From assembly GCA_963806035.1 (NCBI GenBank), contig CAWDWO010000023.1, positions 32,001 through 96,000 on the forward strand: a DNA stretch of 64,000 bases, written 5' to 3'. Position numbers and translations under genes: made by a program. Shown here piece by piece: positions 20,074 through 29,534 of this stretch. The notes beneath the pieces were generated by a model. It was not told the DNA's origin, did no database searches, and saw only the letters and a program-made list of their open reading frames with translations. Numbering within the stretch: the first letter of the stretch is position 1; each line of letters begins with the position of its first letter. This DNA is from Candidatus Krumholzibacteriota bacterium (GTDB taxonomy: Bacteria; Krumholzibacteriota; Krumholzibacteriia; JAJRXK01).

Positions 20074-21123
20074 CTAACGCGACAGCTCTGCGAGTATGAG
20101 ATCTGTATATTCGGATGTTTTGAGCCCGCTGGAAGTACTCAGAGAGGGAATCTTGCGACTGGCGATGGCGCTCTGGATGGCGCCCTCGATCAGCTGCCCC
20201 CCTTCGGGATAGCCCAGGAACTCGACCATCATTCCCACCGCGGAGATGGTCGCCACCGGACAGGCCTTCTGCTGGCCGCGGTACTTCGGCGCCGAGCCGT
20301 GGATCGGCTCGAACATGCTCACCTGGCCCGGGTGGATGTTGCCGCTGGCCGCCACGCCCAAACCGCCCTGAATCATGGCTCCGATGTCGGTCACGATGTC
20401 GCCGAACATGTTGTCCACCACCGCCACGTCGAACCACTCGGGGTTCTTCACCATCCACATACAGGCGGCGTCGATGTAGGCGTGGTCCTGCTCGACCTGC
20501 GGGAACTCCTCGCCCACCTCGGCGAAGGTCCGGGTCCACAGTTCTTGGCTGCGCAGCGCATTGGCCTTGTCGATCAGGGTCAGCTTCTTGCGCGGACGCT
20601 TGGCGGCCAGCTCGTAGGCGTAGCGCACCGCGCGCTCGATCCCCTTGCGCGTGTTCACCATCTCCTGGGTCGTGATCTCGTCCGGCGTGCCCTTTTTGAA
20701 TACCCCGTGGATCTGGCAGTAGAGACTCTCCGTGTTCTCGCGCACGAAGATCATGTCGATGTCTTGGGGGGTTTTGTCCTTCAAGGGACAGAGGTCCTGG
20801 TGGTAGAGCTTCACCGGCCTCAGGTTGAGGTACATGTCGAGCTTCCAGCGTATCCCACCGATGATCGCGCGCTCGAGCAAGCCCACCTCCACCCTCGGGT
20901 CGCCGATGGCGCCCAGCAGGATGGCATCCAGCTCCCGGTATTCGCTCAGGACCGAATCGGGCATGGTTTCCCCGGTCTCGAGATAGTGGTCCGCCCCGAA
21001 GGGGTACTCCACCGTCTCGTACTCGAGCCCCACCCGGGGCCCGACCTCGCGCAGCACGCGAAGGCCTTCCTCGACGACTTCCGGGCCGATTCCATCGCCC
21101 GCCACGACTCCGATCCGCTTCAT
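20074..21123 (-). CDS. leuB: 3-isopropylmalate dehydrogenase-like beta-decarboxylating dehydrogenase
   Basis: GDGIGPEV, NLRPVKL, RENTE, NMFGDIVTD, FEPIHGSAP; exact substrate uncertain. Confidence 0.85.
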   Translation of the reverse strand: MKRIGVVAGDGIGPEVVEEGLRVLREVGPRVGLEYETVEYPFGADHYLETGETMPDSVLSEYRELDAILLGAIGDPRVEVGLLERAIIGGIRWKLDMYLNLRPVKLYHQDLCPLKDKTPQDIDMIFVRENTESLYCQIHGVFKKGTPDEITTQEMVNTRKGIERAVRYAYELAAKRPRKKLTLIDKANALRSQELWTRTFAEVGEEFPQVEQDHAYIDAACMWMVKNPEWFDVAVVDNMFGDIVTDIGAMIQGGLGVAASGNIHPGQVSMFEPIHGSAPKYRGQQKACPVATISAVGMMVEFLGYPEGGQLIEGAIQSAIASRKIPSLSTSSGLKTSEYTDLILAELSR

Positions 21124-21258
21124 GATTTCCTCCCGAATTTTCGCACTAAAATCTCGGTTTTGATGCCGTCCGGCCGCTGCCTACCATTGGTCCGGTGGGG
21201 TGCTCCAACTCTGTCCCCCTGGGCATCCCCCAGATCGCCTCGCTGAGGAGGTGGGAGA

Positions 21259-21717
21259 ATGTTGCCCGTGAAGACCATACTCTATCCAACTGATTTCTCC
21301 GAGAACGCGCGTCACGCGATTCCGCACCTGCTCGAGGTCGCCAAGTGCTTCTCGGCCCAGATCCATCTGCTTCATGTGGTCGAGACCAGCCTCCAGGTTG
21401 CTGACGTCAGCTGGTCGGCCGCGCAACCCGAGATGGATACCCGAATTCACGAGGCCGCGAAAGAGCGGCTCGAAAAACTGGCGGAAGAAATCGGGCTGCC
21501 CAAGGAAAGACTCTCGCTCGCCGTGGTCGACGGTCACCCGTCCCTCGAAATCACTCGTTACGCCAAAGCGCACGAAATCGACATGATCGTCATGTCCACT
21601 CATGGGCATTCCGGACTGAGCCATTTCCTGCTCGGCAGCGTCACTGAGAGAGTGGTGCGCAAGGCCTCCTGTCCGGTCCTCACGGTTCGCGCCGACCTGG
21701 ACGAGGACGAAAGCTAG
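21259..21717 (+). CDS. Universal stress protein (UspA family)
   Basis: ILYPTDFS...DMIVMSTHG...LLGSVTERVVRKASCPVLTV. Confidence 0.95.
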   Translation: MLPVKTILYPTDFSENARHAIPHLLEVAKCFSAQIHLLHVVETSLQVADVSWSAAQPEMDTRIHEAAKERLEKLAEEIGLPKERLSLAVVDGHPSLEITRYAKAHEIDMIVMSTHGHSGLSHFLLGSVTERVVRKASCPVLTVRADLDEDES

Positions 21718-23720
21718 GCCACGAGCGAGGGCTCGTAAGCCTCGATCTGGCCCGCCAGCGCGCTCGCCGCCACGGTATACGGGCTGGCCAGGTACATCTG
21801 CCCCGGTCCGCTGCGGCCCGGGAAATTGCGGTTGATCGCCGAGACCGTCACCTGATCCCGATTGTCACTCACGCCGGGGCCCGCGTTGATGCAGGCGCCG
21901 CAAGAGGGCTCGATCACGCGCGCCCCCACTTTCTCGAAGAGCTCGAGGTAGCCACGTTCTCTGCAGTACTCCTTCACTTCCTGGCTTCCAAACTGAATCC
22001 AGAAGGTGACCTCGGGATGGACACGGCGACCAGCGCTGAGCGCGCTCTCGAGCACCTCCGCGTACATGTCCATGTCTTCCTTCTTGCCCGCGGTGCAGGA
22101 GCCGGCGTAGGCGATGTCAATTTTCACCCTATAGGGCAGTTCTGAGATGGCGACGCCGTTGCCTGGATCTCCGGGAAGCGCGACCAGGGGCTCGATGCTG
22201 GCGGCGTCGAAATGGATGGTCTCCGCGTAGCGCGCGTCGGGATCGCTCCTCAGACCCTCGATGAGCTTCTCCGCTTCCTCGCGCTCCATCCCACGCCAGT
22301 CCATCAGGAATTCCACCGTCTTTTCGTCGGGCGCCACGATGCCGGTGAGCGCTCCCACCTCGGCCGCCATGTTGGTCATCGTCGCGCGCTCGTCGACGCT
22401 CAGTTCCTCCACCGCCGCGCCGCAATACTCCACGATCTTGCCGATGGCCTGTCCGTCCCGCACATAGGGATGGCGCAGAATTTCCAGCATGAAGTCCTTC
22501 GCGGTCACTCCCGGACGCCGCTTGCCGGTGATCTCGATTTTGACGCTCTCGGGGACGCGCGCCATGGTGTCCTTGGTGATCCAGGAATTGAAGATGGCGG
22601 TGGTGCCCACGCCGAACGCAACGCATCCCAGCGCTCCGCTGTGTGGAGTGTGACTGTCGGTGCCGATGATGAGTTGGCCCGGCAAAGCGTAACTCTGCGT
22701 GACTTTCGAGTGGCAGATGGCTTCGCTCCCGCCGGCGGGAGTTTCCCCGTGGAGAGTGATGCCCTGATCCTTCGCGAACTGTGCCTGCTTGGTCGCCAGG
22801 CTCTGCGCCACCGTCAAGAGGCCGGCGTCGATGCGCTCCTGGGTCATCGCCATTTCCAGGAAGGTGAGATGGTCGCGGAAGAACACGACGCTGTCGCGAT
22901 CGCGCAGCGGCACCTCCTTGCCCACCAGACTCTCGTAGAAGATCGCGGCCATGGGTGTGACGTACTCATGCGAGAAACGCAGATCACAGCGCACGAAACC
23001 GCTGTCGCCGGGAGCCACCGCCTTCACTCCGACCTCATCCTTGGCCAAGTCGGTGACCATGTGCTTGGCGAAGATCTTCTCGGCCACGGTCATGGGGCGC
23101 GCCGCGGTCTCGATGGCGGGGATGACGACCTTGCCCTGCAGACGCGCGAGATTGAAGTTGAAGAGCCCGCCGTACTCGATGATCTGCCGCGTGACCTCGT
23201 CCTTGCCCTCGGTGAACACGCTCAGGGGAATCGTCTCCCCCGCCTTGACGCGCTCGAGGACCGAGAAGTCCGTGGTGGCCAGCATCCCCAGGTTCAGACA
23301 ATTCTGGTGGTAGATCCGCTCGATGTTCTCCGCGACGACGAGCTTGATTCCCGCCATCAGCTCCGCGTAGGGAGACTGCTCGCGGCTGCTTCCCTTGCCC
23401 CGCCGTTTGCCGCTCACCGAAACCGCGAAGCCCCCCTGGCGCACGCTCTTCTCGTTCACGGGGAATTCCCCGCCCGCTTGAAGCCCCAAGTAGGGAAAGT
23501 CACCCAGCGTTTCGTCGTGGTAGTAACAGATGTAGGCGGGAGTGATCTCGTCCGTCGAGATGTTGTCGCGTAGTTTCATCGCCGGGACCCATTCCAGGTC
23601 CTCTCCGGCGAGCTGGCGGCGGATCAAATCGGGGTCCTCGGTCAGATACAGAATGCGGCCCTCGATCTTCACCTGCGGATCACGTTTCTTCACTTCACGC
23701 TGACTCAAAGGCGTGCTCAT
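21714..23720 (-). CDS. Aconitase-family hydratase, fused small (swivel) + large subunit (LeuD-LeuC order)
   Basis: N-terminal DNISTDEITP and GKGSSREQSP; C-terminal DH, GTDSHT, GSCTAG, PSCGAC, NRNFPGR. Confidence 0.9.
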   Translation of the reverse strand: MSTPLSQREVKKRDPQVKIEGRILYLTEDPDLIRRQLAGEDLEWVPAMKLRDNISTDEITPAYICYYHDETLGDFPYLGLQAGGEFPVNEKSVRQGGFAVSVSGKRRGKGSSREQSPYAELMAGIKLVVAENIERIYHQNCLNLGMLATTDFSVLERVKAGETIPLSVFTEGKDEVTRQIIEYGGLFNFNLARLQGKVVIPAIETAARPMTVAEKIFAKHMVTDLAKDEVGVKAVAPGDSGFVRCDLRFSHEYVTPMAAIFYESLVGKEVPLRDRDSVVFFRDHLTFLEMAMTQERIDAGLLTVAQSLATKQAQFAKDQGITLHGETPAGGSEAICHSKVTQSYALPGQLIIGTDSHTPHSGALGCVAFGVGTTAIFNSWITKDTMARVPESVKIEITGKRRPGVTAKDFMLEILRHPYVRDGQAIGKIVEYCGAAVEELSVDERATMTNMAAEVGALTGIVAPDEKTVEFLMDWRGMEREEAEKLIEGLRSDPDARYAETIHFDAASIEPLVALPGDPGNGVAISELPYRVKIDIAYAGSCTAGKKEDMDMYAEVLESALSAGRRVHPEVTFWIQFGSQEVKEYCRERGYLELFEKVGARVIEPSCGACINAGPGVSDNRDQVTVSAINRNFPGRSGPGQMYLASPYTVAASALAGQIEAYEPSLVA

Positions 23721-23779
23721 GTTCGAAGCTCTCTCCTCTGCGAATTCGTAATTTCGAGCGCCTCTTTGGGCGCTTCGCT

Positions 23780-25000
23780 TCACGCGGCCTGGGGATTTTC
23801 GATGAGCATCGCGATGCCCTGTCCCCCGCCGATGCAAGCGCTGGCGATGCCGTAACGGAGCTTCTGCCGGCGCAGTTCCAAGCCAAGGGTCAAAAGCAGT
23901 CGAGTGCCCGTGGCCGCCAAAGGATGCCCGATGGCGATGGCCCCTCCGTTGACGTTCACCTTGTCCCGGTCCAAGCCGAGCTGCTTTTCCACCGCGAGAT
24001 ACTGCGCCGCGAACGCTTCGTTGATTTCGAAACGGTCGATCTGCGCCAGCTCGAGCCCGGCCTTTTGCAGAACCGCCGTAATGGCGGGCACCGGACCGAT
24101 GCCCATGCGCGTGGGTTCGACTCCCACGACCGCGTGGGTCACGATCCTCGCCAGGGGATCCAGCTTGTCCTCTCTCATCGTGCTTTCCTTGACGACGAGC
24201 ACGGCGGCCGCCCCATCCACCAGGCCACTCGCGTTTCCGGGAGTGACGAAGCCGTCCTTGGCGAAGGCGGGACGCAGCTTGCTCAATCCTTCCAAAGTGC
24301 AGTTGGGAAAGAAATGATCGTCGTGCTGAAAGTCCATGCTCTGGCCGCGTCCCAGAGACACCTCCACCGGAGCGACTTCCTCGTCGAGTACTCCGCTCTG
24401 GATGGCTTTCTCGGCCGCGTTGAACGAGCGCAGTGCGAATTCATCCTGTGCCTCGCGCGAGATGGAAAAGTCGCGAGCGAGGTTTTCCGCAGTGACTGCC
24501 ATGTAGCATTTGGAATAGGAGTCCATGAGCGAGGCCATCAAATAGTCCTCGAGTTCGCCCTGACCGAGCTTCAAGCCCTGCCGGGCGCCGCGGACAACGA
24601 AGGGCGCCTGCGAGAGGTTCTCCATGCCGCCGGCCAGGACGATCTTGCTGTGTCCGAGAAGGATGCGCGCCTCGGCCTGGACCACGGCCTCGATTCCCGA
24701 CCCACAGAGGCGATTCACGGTGAGAGCGGGGCGCTCCTTGGGAACGCCGGCTTTCAACGCCACGTGACGTGCCCCGTAAATGGCGTCGGGAGAGGTCTGG
24801 AGCGCATTGCCGAAGATCACTTCGTCCACTCTCTCCGGCGAGATTCCACTCTTCTCGAGAGCGGCTTTGGAGGCATGCACGCCGAGATCGATGGCACTGA
24901 TCCTGGCAAACGCTCCTCCCGGCTTTCCTTCGCCCGTCTTCCCTCCAGCCCATTCCGCCATGGGCGTACGCGCTCCCGCTACGATATAGGCGCTCTCCAC
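23780..25000 (-). CDS. Acetyl-CoA C-acyltransferase (thiolase)
   Basis: NRLCGSG, EINEAFA, GHPLAATG, CIGGGQG. Confidence 0.95.
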   Translation of the reverse strand: MESAYIVAGARTPMAEWAGGKTGEGKPGGAFARISAIDLGVHASKAALEKSGISPERVDEVIFGNALQTSPDAIYGARHVALKAGVPKERPALTVNRLCGSGIEAVVQAEARILLGHSKIVLAGGMENLSQAPFVVRGARQGLKLGQGELEDYLMASLMDSYSKCYMAVTAENLARDFSISREAQDEFALRSFNAAEKAIQSGVLDEEVAPVEVSLGRGQSMDFQHDDHFFPNCTLEGLSKLRPAFAKDGFVTPGNASGLVDGAAAVLVVKESTMREDKLDPLARIVTHAVVGVEPTRMGIGPVPAITAVLQKAGLELAQIDRFEINEAFAAQYLAVEKQLGLDRDKVNVNGGAIAIGHPLAATGTRLLLTLGLELRRQKLRYGIASACIGGGQGIAMLIENPQAA

Positions 25001-25036
25001 TGGCTCATCCCTCTTCTGAAGTGGTGGTGCACGAGG

Positions 25037-25074
25037 GGGCTCTCGGGGGGCGTTGACAAACGCCCCAGAGCCCC
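25037..25074. other. Long GC hairpin between crotonase and thiolase genes
   Basis: GGGGCTCT..GGGGCGTT-GACA-AACGCCCC-AGAGCCCC. Confidence 0.45.
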
Positions 25075-25146
25075 GATTTCGGCAGACAATATAGCGGAAA
25101 CGGCCAAGCTCGCCGAACGGTCATCCGTACGCTGCCCGGCGAATGC

Positions 25147-25929
25147 TCAGCGTCCCCGGAACTGCGCTTTGCGCTTCTCCAGGAAGGCGTGCATGCCCTC
25201 CTGATAGTCCTCGGCCGCCGCCGCCAGACCAAACTGGCTCGACTCGTAGGCCAGGGCCTCCTCCAGTCCCATTTCCATCCCGCGCCGCACCGTCTCCTCC
25301 GCCACGCGCAGAGTGAAGGAACTCTTCATCGCCAACTTCCGCGCCAGAGCCTTGGCCGCGTCGAGCAGCGCCTCCGGTGCGTGCACCTCGGTGACCAGTC
25401 CGTATTGCAACGCGGTCTGTGCGTCGATGGGATCGCCGGTCAAGACCATGTGCATGGCTCGGCCCTGCCCCACCAAGCGGGGCAGCCGCTGGGTGCCTCC
25501 GAAGCCGGGAATGATCGCCAAATTCACCTCGGGTTGACCCATCTTGGCGCGAGTGCTGGCGATCCTGAAGGTGCAGGCCATGGCCAGCTCCAGTCCGCCA
25601 CCCAGGGCGAAGCCGTTGATGGCGGCAATGGTGGGTACTCCGAGATCTTCGATGAGGTCCATCAGGCTCTGGCCGAATTTCGAATGATCGTTGCTCTCGA
25701 GCGCGCTGTTGGCGGCCAGCTCGTTGATGTCCGCGCCGGCCACGAAGGCCTTCTCTCCCGCCCCCGTGAGGATGATGGCGCGCACTTCCTCGTCGCCGCT
25801 CAGTTCATCCATCACCGCCGCCAACTCGGCGAGGGTTTCCCGGTTGAGTGCATTGAGAGCCTTCGGGCGGTTGATGGTGACGGTGGCGATGCCCTCTTCC
25901 ACCGTGAACAAGAGATTCTGGAACTCCAT
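25147..25929 (-). CDS. Enoyl-CoA hydratase (crotonase)
   Basis: AFVAGADI, GFALGGGLELAMAC, PEVNLAIIPGFGGTQRLPRLVG. Confidence 0.95.
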   Translation of the reverse strand: MEFQNLLFTVEEGIATVTINRPKALNALNRETLAELAAVMDELSGDEEVRAIILTGAGEKAFVAGADINELAANSALESNDHSKFGQSLMDLIEDLGVPTIAAINGFALGGGLELAMACTFRIASTRAKMGQPEVNLAIIPGFGGTQRLPRLVGQGRAMHMVLTGDPIDAQTALQYGLVTEVHAPEALLDAAKALARKLAMKSSFTLRVAEETVRRGMEMGLEEALAYESSQFGLAAAAEDYQEGMHAFLEKRKAQFRGR

Positions 25930-26160
25930 GGCTTCCTTCCTGGTTGTGAGATCCGCGCCACCCTGTCCGTGTTTGTACCACAGCCCTCGGCTCTGGACAA
26001 CGACGGGCAAAGGCGGAATCGAGCGCCCCATCGGCCCCTATCCACTTGTTGTACTGCGGGCAGACGTGGGCTAGCCTCCCGGCAGAGCGCTGGCGCGGCT
26101 CTTGCAGAAGCGTCAACGGCCGTATTTTCGAGTTTGTCTGCCCCGATGGAGGTCCTGTAC

Positions 26161-26781
26161 ATGTCACGAGTTACACTATCCCGCGGAGTGCTCCTAACCC
26201 TGTTTTCAGCCGCCGTGCTGGTTTCTCTGAGCGCCTGCGGAGGCAAGTCCGTGCAGCGCATCGGTACGGATACAACCGTGGACATCAGCGGAAACTGGAA
26301 CGACACCGATTCCCGCCTGGTCTCCGAGGAGATGATCGCTCAGGTCTTGTCGCAACCCTGGTTGGCCCGCTTCGAGGCGACTCACCAGGACCGCCCTACG
26401 GTCATCGTGGGAACCGTTCGCAACAACAGCAGCGAACACATCGACACCAACATCTTCACCAAGAACCTCGAGATTGCATTCATCAACAGCGGCCGAGTGC
26501 GTGTCGTGGCATCGCGTGACGAGCGTGGCGAGGTGCGTGAAGAGCGGGATTCCCAGCAGGACTGGTCCGATCCCGCCACGGTGAAGAAGATGGGAATGGA
26601 ACTCGGAGCGGATTACATGCTGATTGGTTCTCTCGGGTCGATCGTCGACGAAGAGGGCGGCGACAAGGTCGTTTTCTATCAGACCAACCTCGAGTTGATC
26701 GACATTCAGACCAACGAGAAGGTCTGGATCGGGCAGAAGCAGATCAAGAAGTACATCGGCAAGAGCAAGTACAAGGCTTGA
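26161..26781 (+). CDS. lpoB: LpoB-like lipoprotein (penicillin-binding protein activator family)
   Basis: Lipobox LSAC; DISGNWNDTD, VRNNSSEHID, GADYML, ELIDIQTNEKVW. Confidence 0.8.
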   Translation: MSRVTLSRGVLLTLFSAAVLVSLSACGGKSVQRIGTDTTVDISGNWNDTDSRLVSEEMIAQVLSQPWLARFEATHQDRPTVIVGTVRNNSSEHIDTNIFTKNLEIAFINSGRVRVVASRDERGEVREERDSQQDWSDPATVKKMGMELGADYMLIGSLGSIVDEEGGDKVVFYQTNLELIDIQTNEKVWIGQKQIKKYIGKSKYKA

Positions 26782-26791
26782 GTAGTTCGAC

Positions 26792-28210
26792 ATGAAGCCT
26801 TTGTCGGGACGATACGGCACGCGTCGCTTGCGGCGCGTGCTCATCTCCACGGCGCTCTCAGTCGTCGCCGTGTTCGGGTTGGGCGCATGCTCTACCTACA
26901 GTAGTTTTTCCAATCAACTTCGCGGCGACCTGCTCCAGGATGATCTGCCAAAAGCAGTGCAGGCGACCGAGAAGAAGGGCGGAGACGATCCCGACGTTCT
27001 GAACCTCTTGCAACGCGGCTTGCTCTACCACTACGCGGAGCGTTACGAGGAGAGCAATCAAGCTTTCCAGCTCGCGGACACCAAGATCGAGGACCAATTC
27101 ACCAAGAGCATCAGCGGTCAAGCGCTGGCGTTCTTGACGAACGACGCGACCCTTCCCTACAGCGGTTACCCCCACGAGCAAGTGCTCATGCACGTCTACG
27201 GGGCGCTGAATTACCTCTTCGAAGGAAATCACCAGGATGCTCTCGTGGAGTGCCGCCGCGCGGGACTTCGTCTGGATCAGCTCGCCTTGATCCGGGAGGA
27301 CAAGCAGGGCTACACCGACGATGCCTTCACGGAGTGGCTCTCGGGCATGATCTTCGCCGAGGACAGGGACGGGAATGCGACCCTGGTGGCGGCTCGTCGC
27401 GGCCGCAGCGCCTACGAGGAATACCAGAAGCTCTTCGGCACGCCGATGCCAAAGGCTTTCATCCTCGACTACTTGGAGTGGGCGCGCCGCTTCGGCTTCA
27501 GCGATGAAGCCAACGAGATCCTGAACGCGCATCCCGAACTCGGGGACGAAGTCGAGCCGCTCGGTCCCGACGAGGGACGTATCGTTCTCATCTACGAGAG
27601 CGGCTTCGTGAATCACCTCGAAGAAGACGCGGCCTTCTTCCCCATCCTGGAATCGGACGAGGACAAGAACGACGCTGAGATGGCGACGGTCCTCACGCGC
27701 CGCGGCCGGCGCAGAGTCTGGGTGAAAAAGAACAACGTGAAAGTGGCCTACTGGCTGCGCGTCGCGTTGCCGGCAATGGTATCCACCCCTCCCGTGTTCA
27801 CTCACGCCCGCCTGGTCACCGAGGGACACAGCCAGACCACGGAACTCGCCGAAGACGTTTCGGCCATCGCCCAACTCACTTTCGATGAGGGAGCCGGCAA
27901 GCGATTGCTGAGGACGATTCTTCGCGCACTGGCCAAGTGGCGAGTCACCAAGACCGCGCAGGACAAGGGAGAGCTCTCCGGCTTTCTCGCAAACCTCACC
28001 TCGGTTGCCACCGAGCGCGCTGATACTCGCTCCTGGAGCACTCTGCCCGATCGCATTCACGTCGCTCAGCTGCGCGTTCCCGCCGGGGACCATCGAGTGG
28101 TAGTCGAATGTCTGGACAGTACCGGCCGGGTGGGCCGCACTGCGACCTTCGACGAGGTGCGGGTCGAGCCCGGTGAATCCACGATCTTGCGTTTCCGCAC
28201 TTACCGCTGA
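26792..28210 (+). CDS. COG3014-like TPR lipoprotein
   Basis: Lipobox LGAC; TNDATLPYSG, ALVECRR, ERADTRSWSTLP; adjacent to lpoB-like gene. Confidence 0.8.
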   Translation: MKPLSGRYGTRRLRRVLISTALSVVAVFGLGACSTYSSFSNQLRGDLLQDDLPKAVQATEKKGGDDPDVLNLLQRGLLYHYAERYEESNQAFQLADTKIEDQFTKSISGQALAFLTNDATLPYSGYPHEQVLMHVYGALNYLFEGNHQDALVECRRAGLRLDQLALIREDKQGYTDDAFTEWLSGMIFAEDRDGNATLVAARRGRSAYEEYQKLFGTPMPKAFILDYLEWARRFGFSDEANEILNAHPELGDEVEPLGPDEGRIVLIYESGFVNHLEEDAAFFPILESDEDKNDAEMATVLTRRGRRRVWVKKNNVKVAYWLRVALPAMVSTPPVFTHARLVTEGHSQTTELAEDVSAIAQLTFDEGAGKRLLRTILRALAKWRVTKTAQDKGELSGFLANLTSVATERADTRSWSTLPDRIHVAQLRVPAGDHRVVVECLDSTGRVGRTATFDEVRVEPGESTILRFRTYR

Positions 28211-28233
28211 AGCGCCCGTACGGTAGCCGGGCT

Positions 28234-29406
28234 TCAGGCCTCGTCGTTTCGCACCAGAATCGAAACTCCCAGACCGCCGCTCACGCACAGCGTGGACAGC
28301 CCCAGACCTTTTCCGTGGCGGCGAAGTGCGTGAATGAGAGTGGTGGTGATCCGCGCTCCGGTCGCGCCGATGGGATGGCCCAGCGCAATGGCGCCGCCGT
28401 GGACGTTGGTCTTTTCCATGTCGAATCGAAGCTCTCGCTGACACGCGATCACCTGGGCCGCGAACGCCTCGTTCAGCTCGATGAGATCAAAGTCGTCGAT
28501 GTTCAATCCACAGCGCGTCATGAGAGCGCGCGTGGCGGGAACCGGTCCCAAACCCATCCGTGCCGGATCGACCCCCGCGCTCTCGCTATCCAGGATTGAG
28601 GCCAGCGGCTTCTCTCGCAGTCCCGGCTTCTCCAGCACGAGCATGCACGCCGCGTCGGTGAGTCCGCTGCTGGAACCCGCGGTGACACTTCCGTTCTCGT
28701 CGAAGACCGTCGGCAGCTTGGCGAGCTTCTCCAAGCTGGTGTTGGGCCGGAGATGTTCGTCGTGGTCCAGCCCCGGGAGTTTTCCCTCGGCGGGAATGGC
28801 TTCGATCTCCGCATCGAAAGCCCTTTCCTCCCATGCCTTGGCAGCGCGAGTCTGGGACATGAGCGCATAGCGGTCCTGCTCCTCCCGGGAGGCCTCGTAT
28901 TCTCGCGCCAGAGTCTCGGCGGTGAGCCCCATGACCTGTTTGGCGATGGGGCAATCGAAGCCGTCGCGGTACATCCCGTCCACGACCGGAGCGTGGCCCA
29001 TGCGGTATCCCATGCGTGCATCCGTCAAGAGATAGGGCACGCGCGACATGTTCTCGCTGCCCCCCACCAGCACGCGCTTGGCCTTGCCCAGAGTGAGGGC
29101 CTGAATGCCCAGGACGATCGCGGTGCTACTGCTCCCGCAGGCCATGTTCAGCGTATAGGCCACCTTGTCCTGCGGAACCCCCGCCCCGATCGCGATCTGC
29201 CGGGCTGGATTGGGACCCAGGCCGGCCGGCCGCGCGTTGCCCACGATGGTCAGATCGATTTCGCTGGCCTTCAGCCCGGCCCGCTCGATGGCCGCGCGGG
29301 CCGCGAAGACCCCCAGCTCGATCGCGCTGCGGCCGGAGAGAGACCCGAGAAAGCGTCCGATCGGGGTACGAACGGCGGATGCAACGCTGGCTTGGGCTTC
29401 GAACAT
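28234..29406 (-). CDS. Acetyl-CoA C-acyltransferase (thiolase)
   Basis: [29 protein letters not shown]. Confidence 0.95.
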   Translation of the reverse strand: MFEAQASVASAVRTPIGRFLGSLSGRSAIELGVFAARAAIERAGLKASEIDLTIVGNARPAGLGPNPARQIAIGAGVPQDKVAYTLNMACGSSSTAIVLGIQALTLGKAKRVLVGGSENMSRVPYLLTDARMGYRMGHAPVVDGMYRDGFDCPIAKQVMGLTAETLAREYEASREEQDRYALMSQTRAAKAWEERAFDAEIEAIPAEGKLPGLDHDEHLRPNTSLEKLAKLPTVFDENGSVTAGSSSGLTDAACMLVLEKPGLREKPLASILDSESAGVDPARMGLGPVPATRALMTRCGLNIDDFDLIELNEAFAAQVIACQRELRFDMEKTNVHGGAIALGHPIGATGARITTTLIHALRRHGKGLGLSTLCVSGGLGVSILVRNDEA

Positions 29407-29534
29407 CGAGACACCTCACTTGGCTTCGAGACGACTCTTGAAGTCGCCGGGATGGGGACTCTCACAAAAGCACCGAAGTGCCGTGACGACAAGGAACTCC
29501 TTGGCCTGCCTCTTGCAGCCTCAGAGCTTCCGTC

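Noticed and set aside
25189..26160. 530-aa ORF apparently extending the LpoB-like gene upstream
   Set aside because: The extension is antisense to the crotonase; the real start is ATG 26161 with GGAGG RBS and lipoprotein signal
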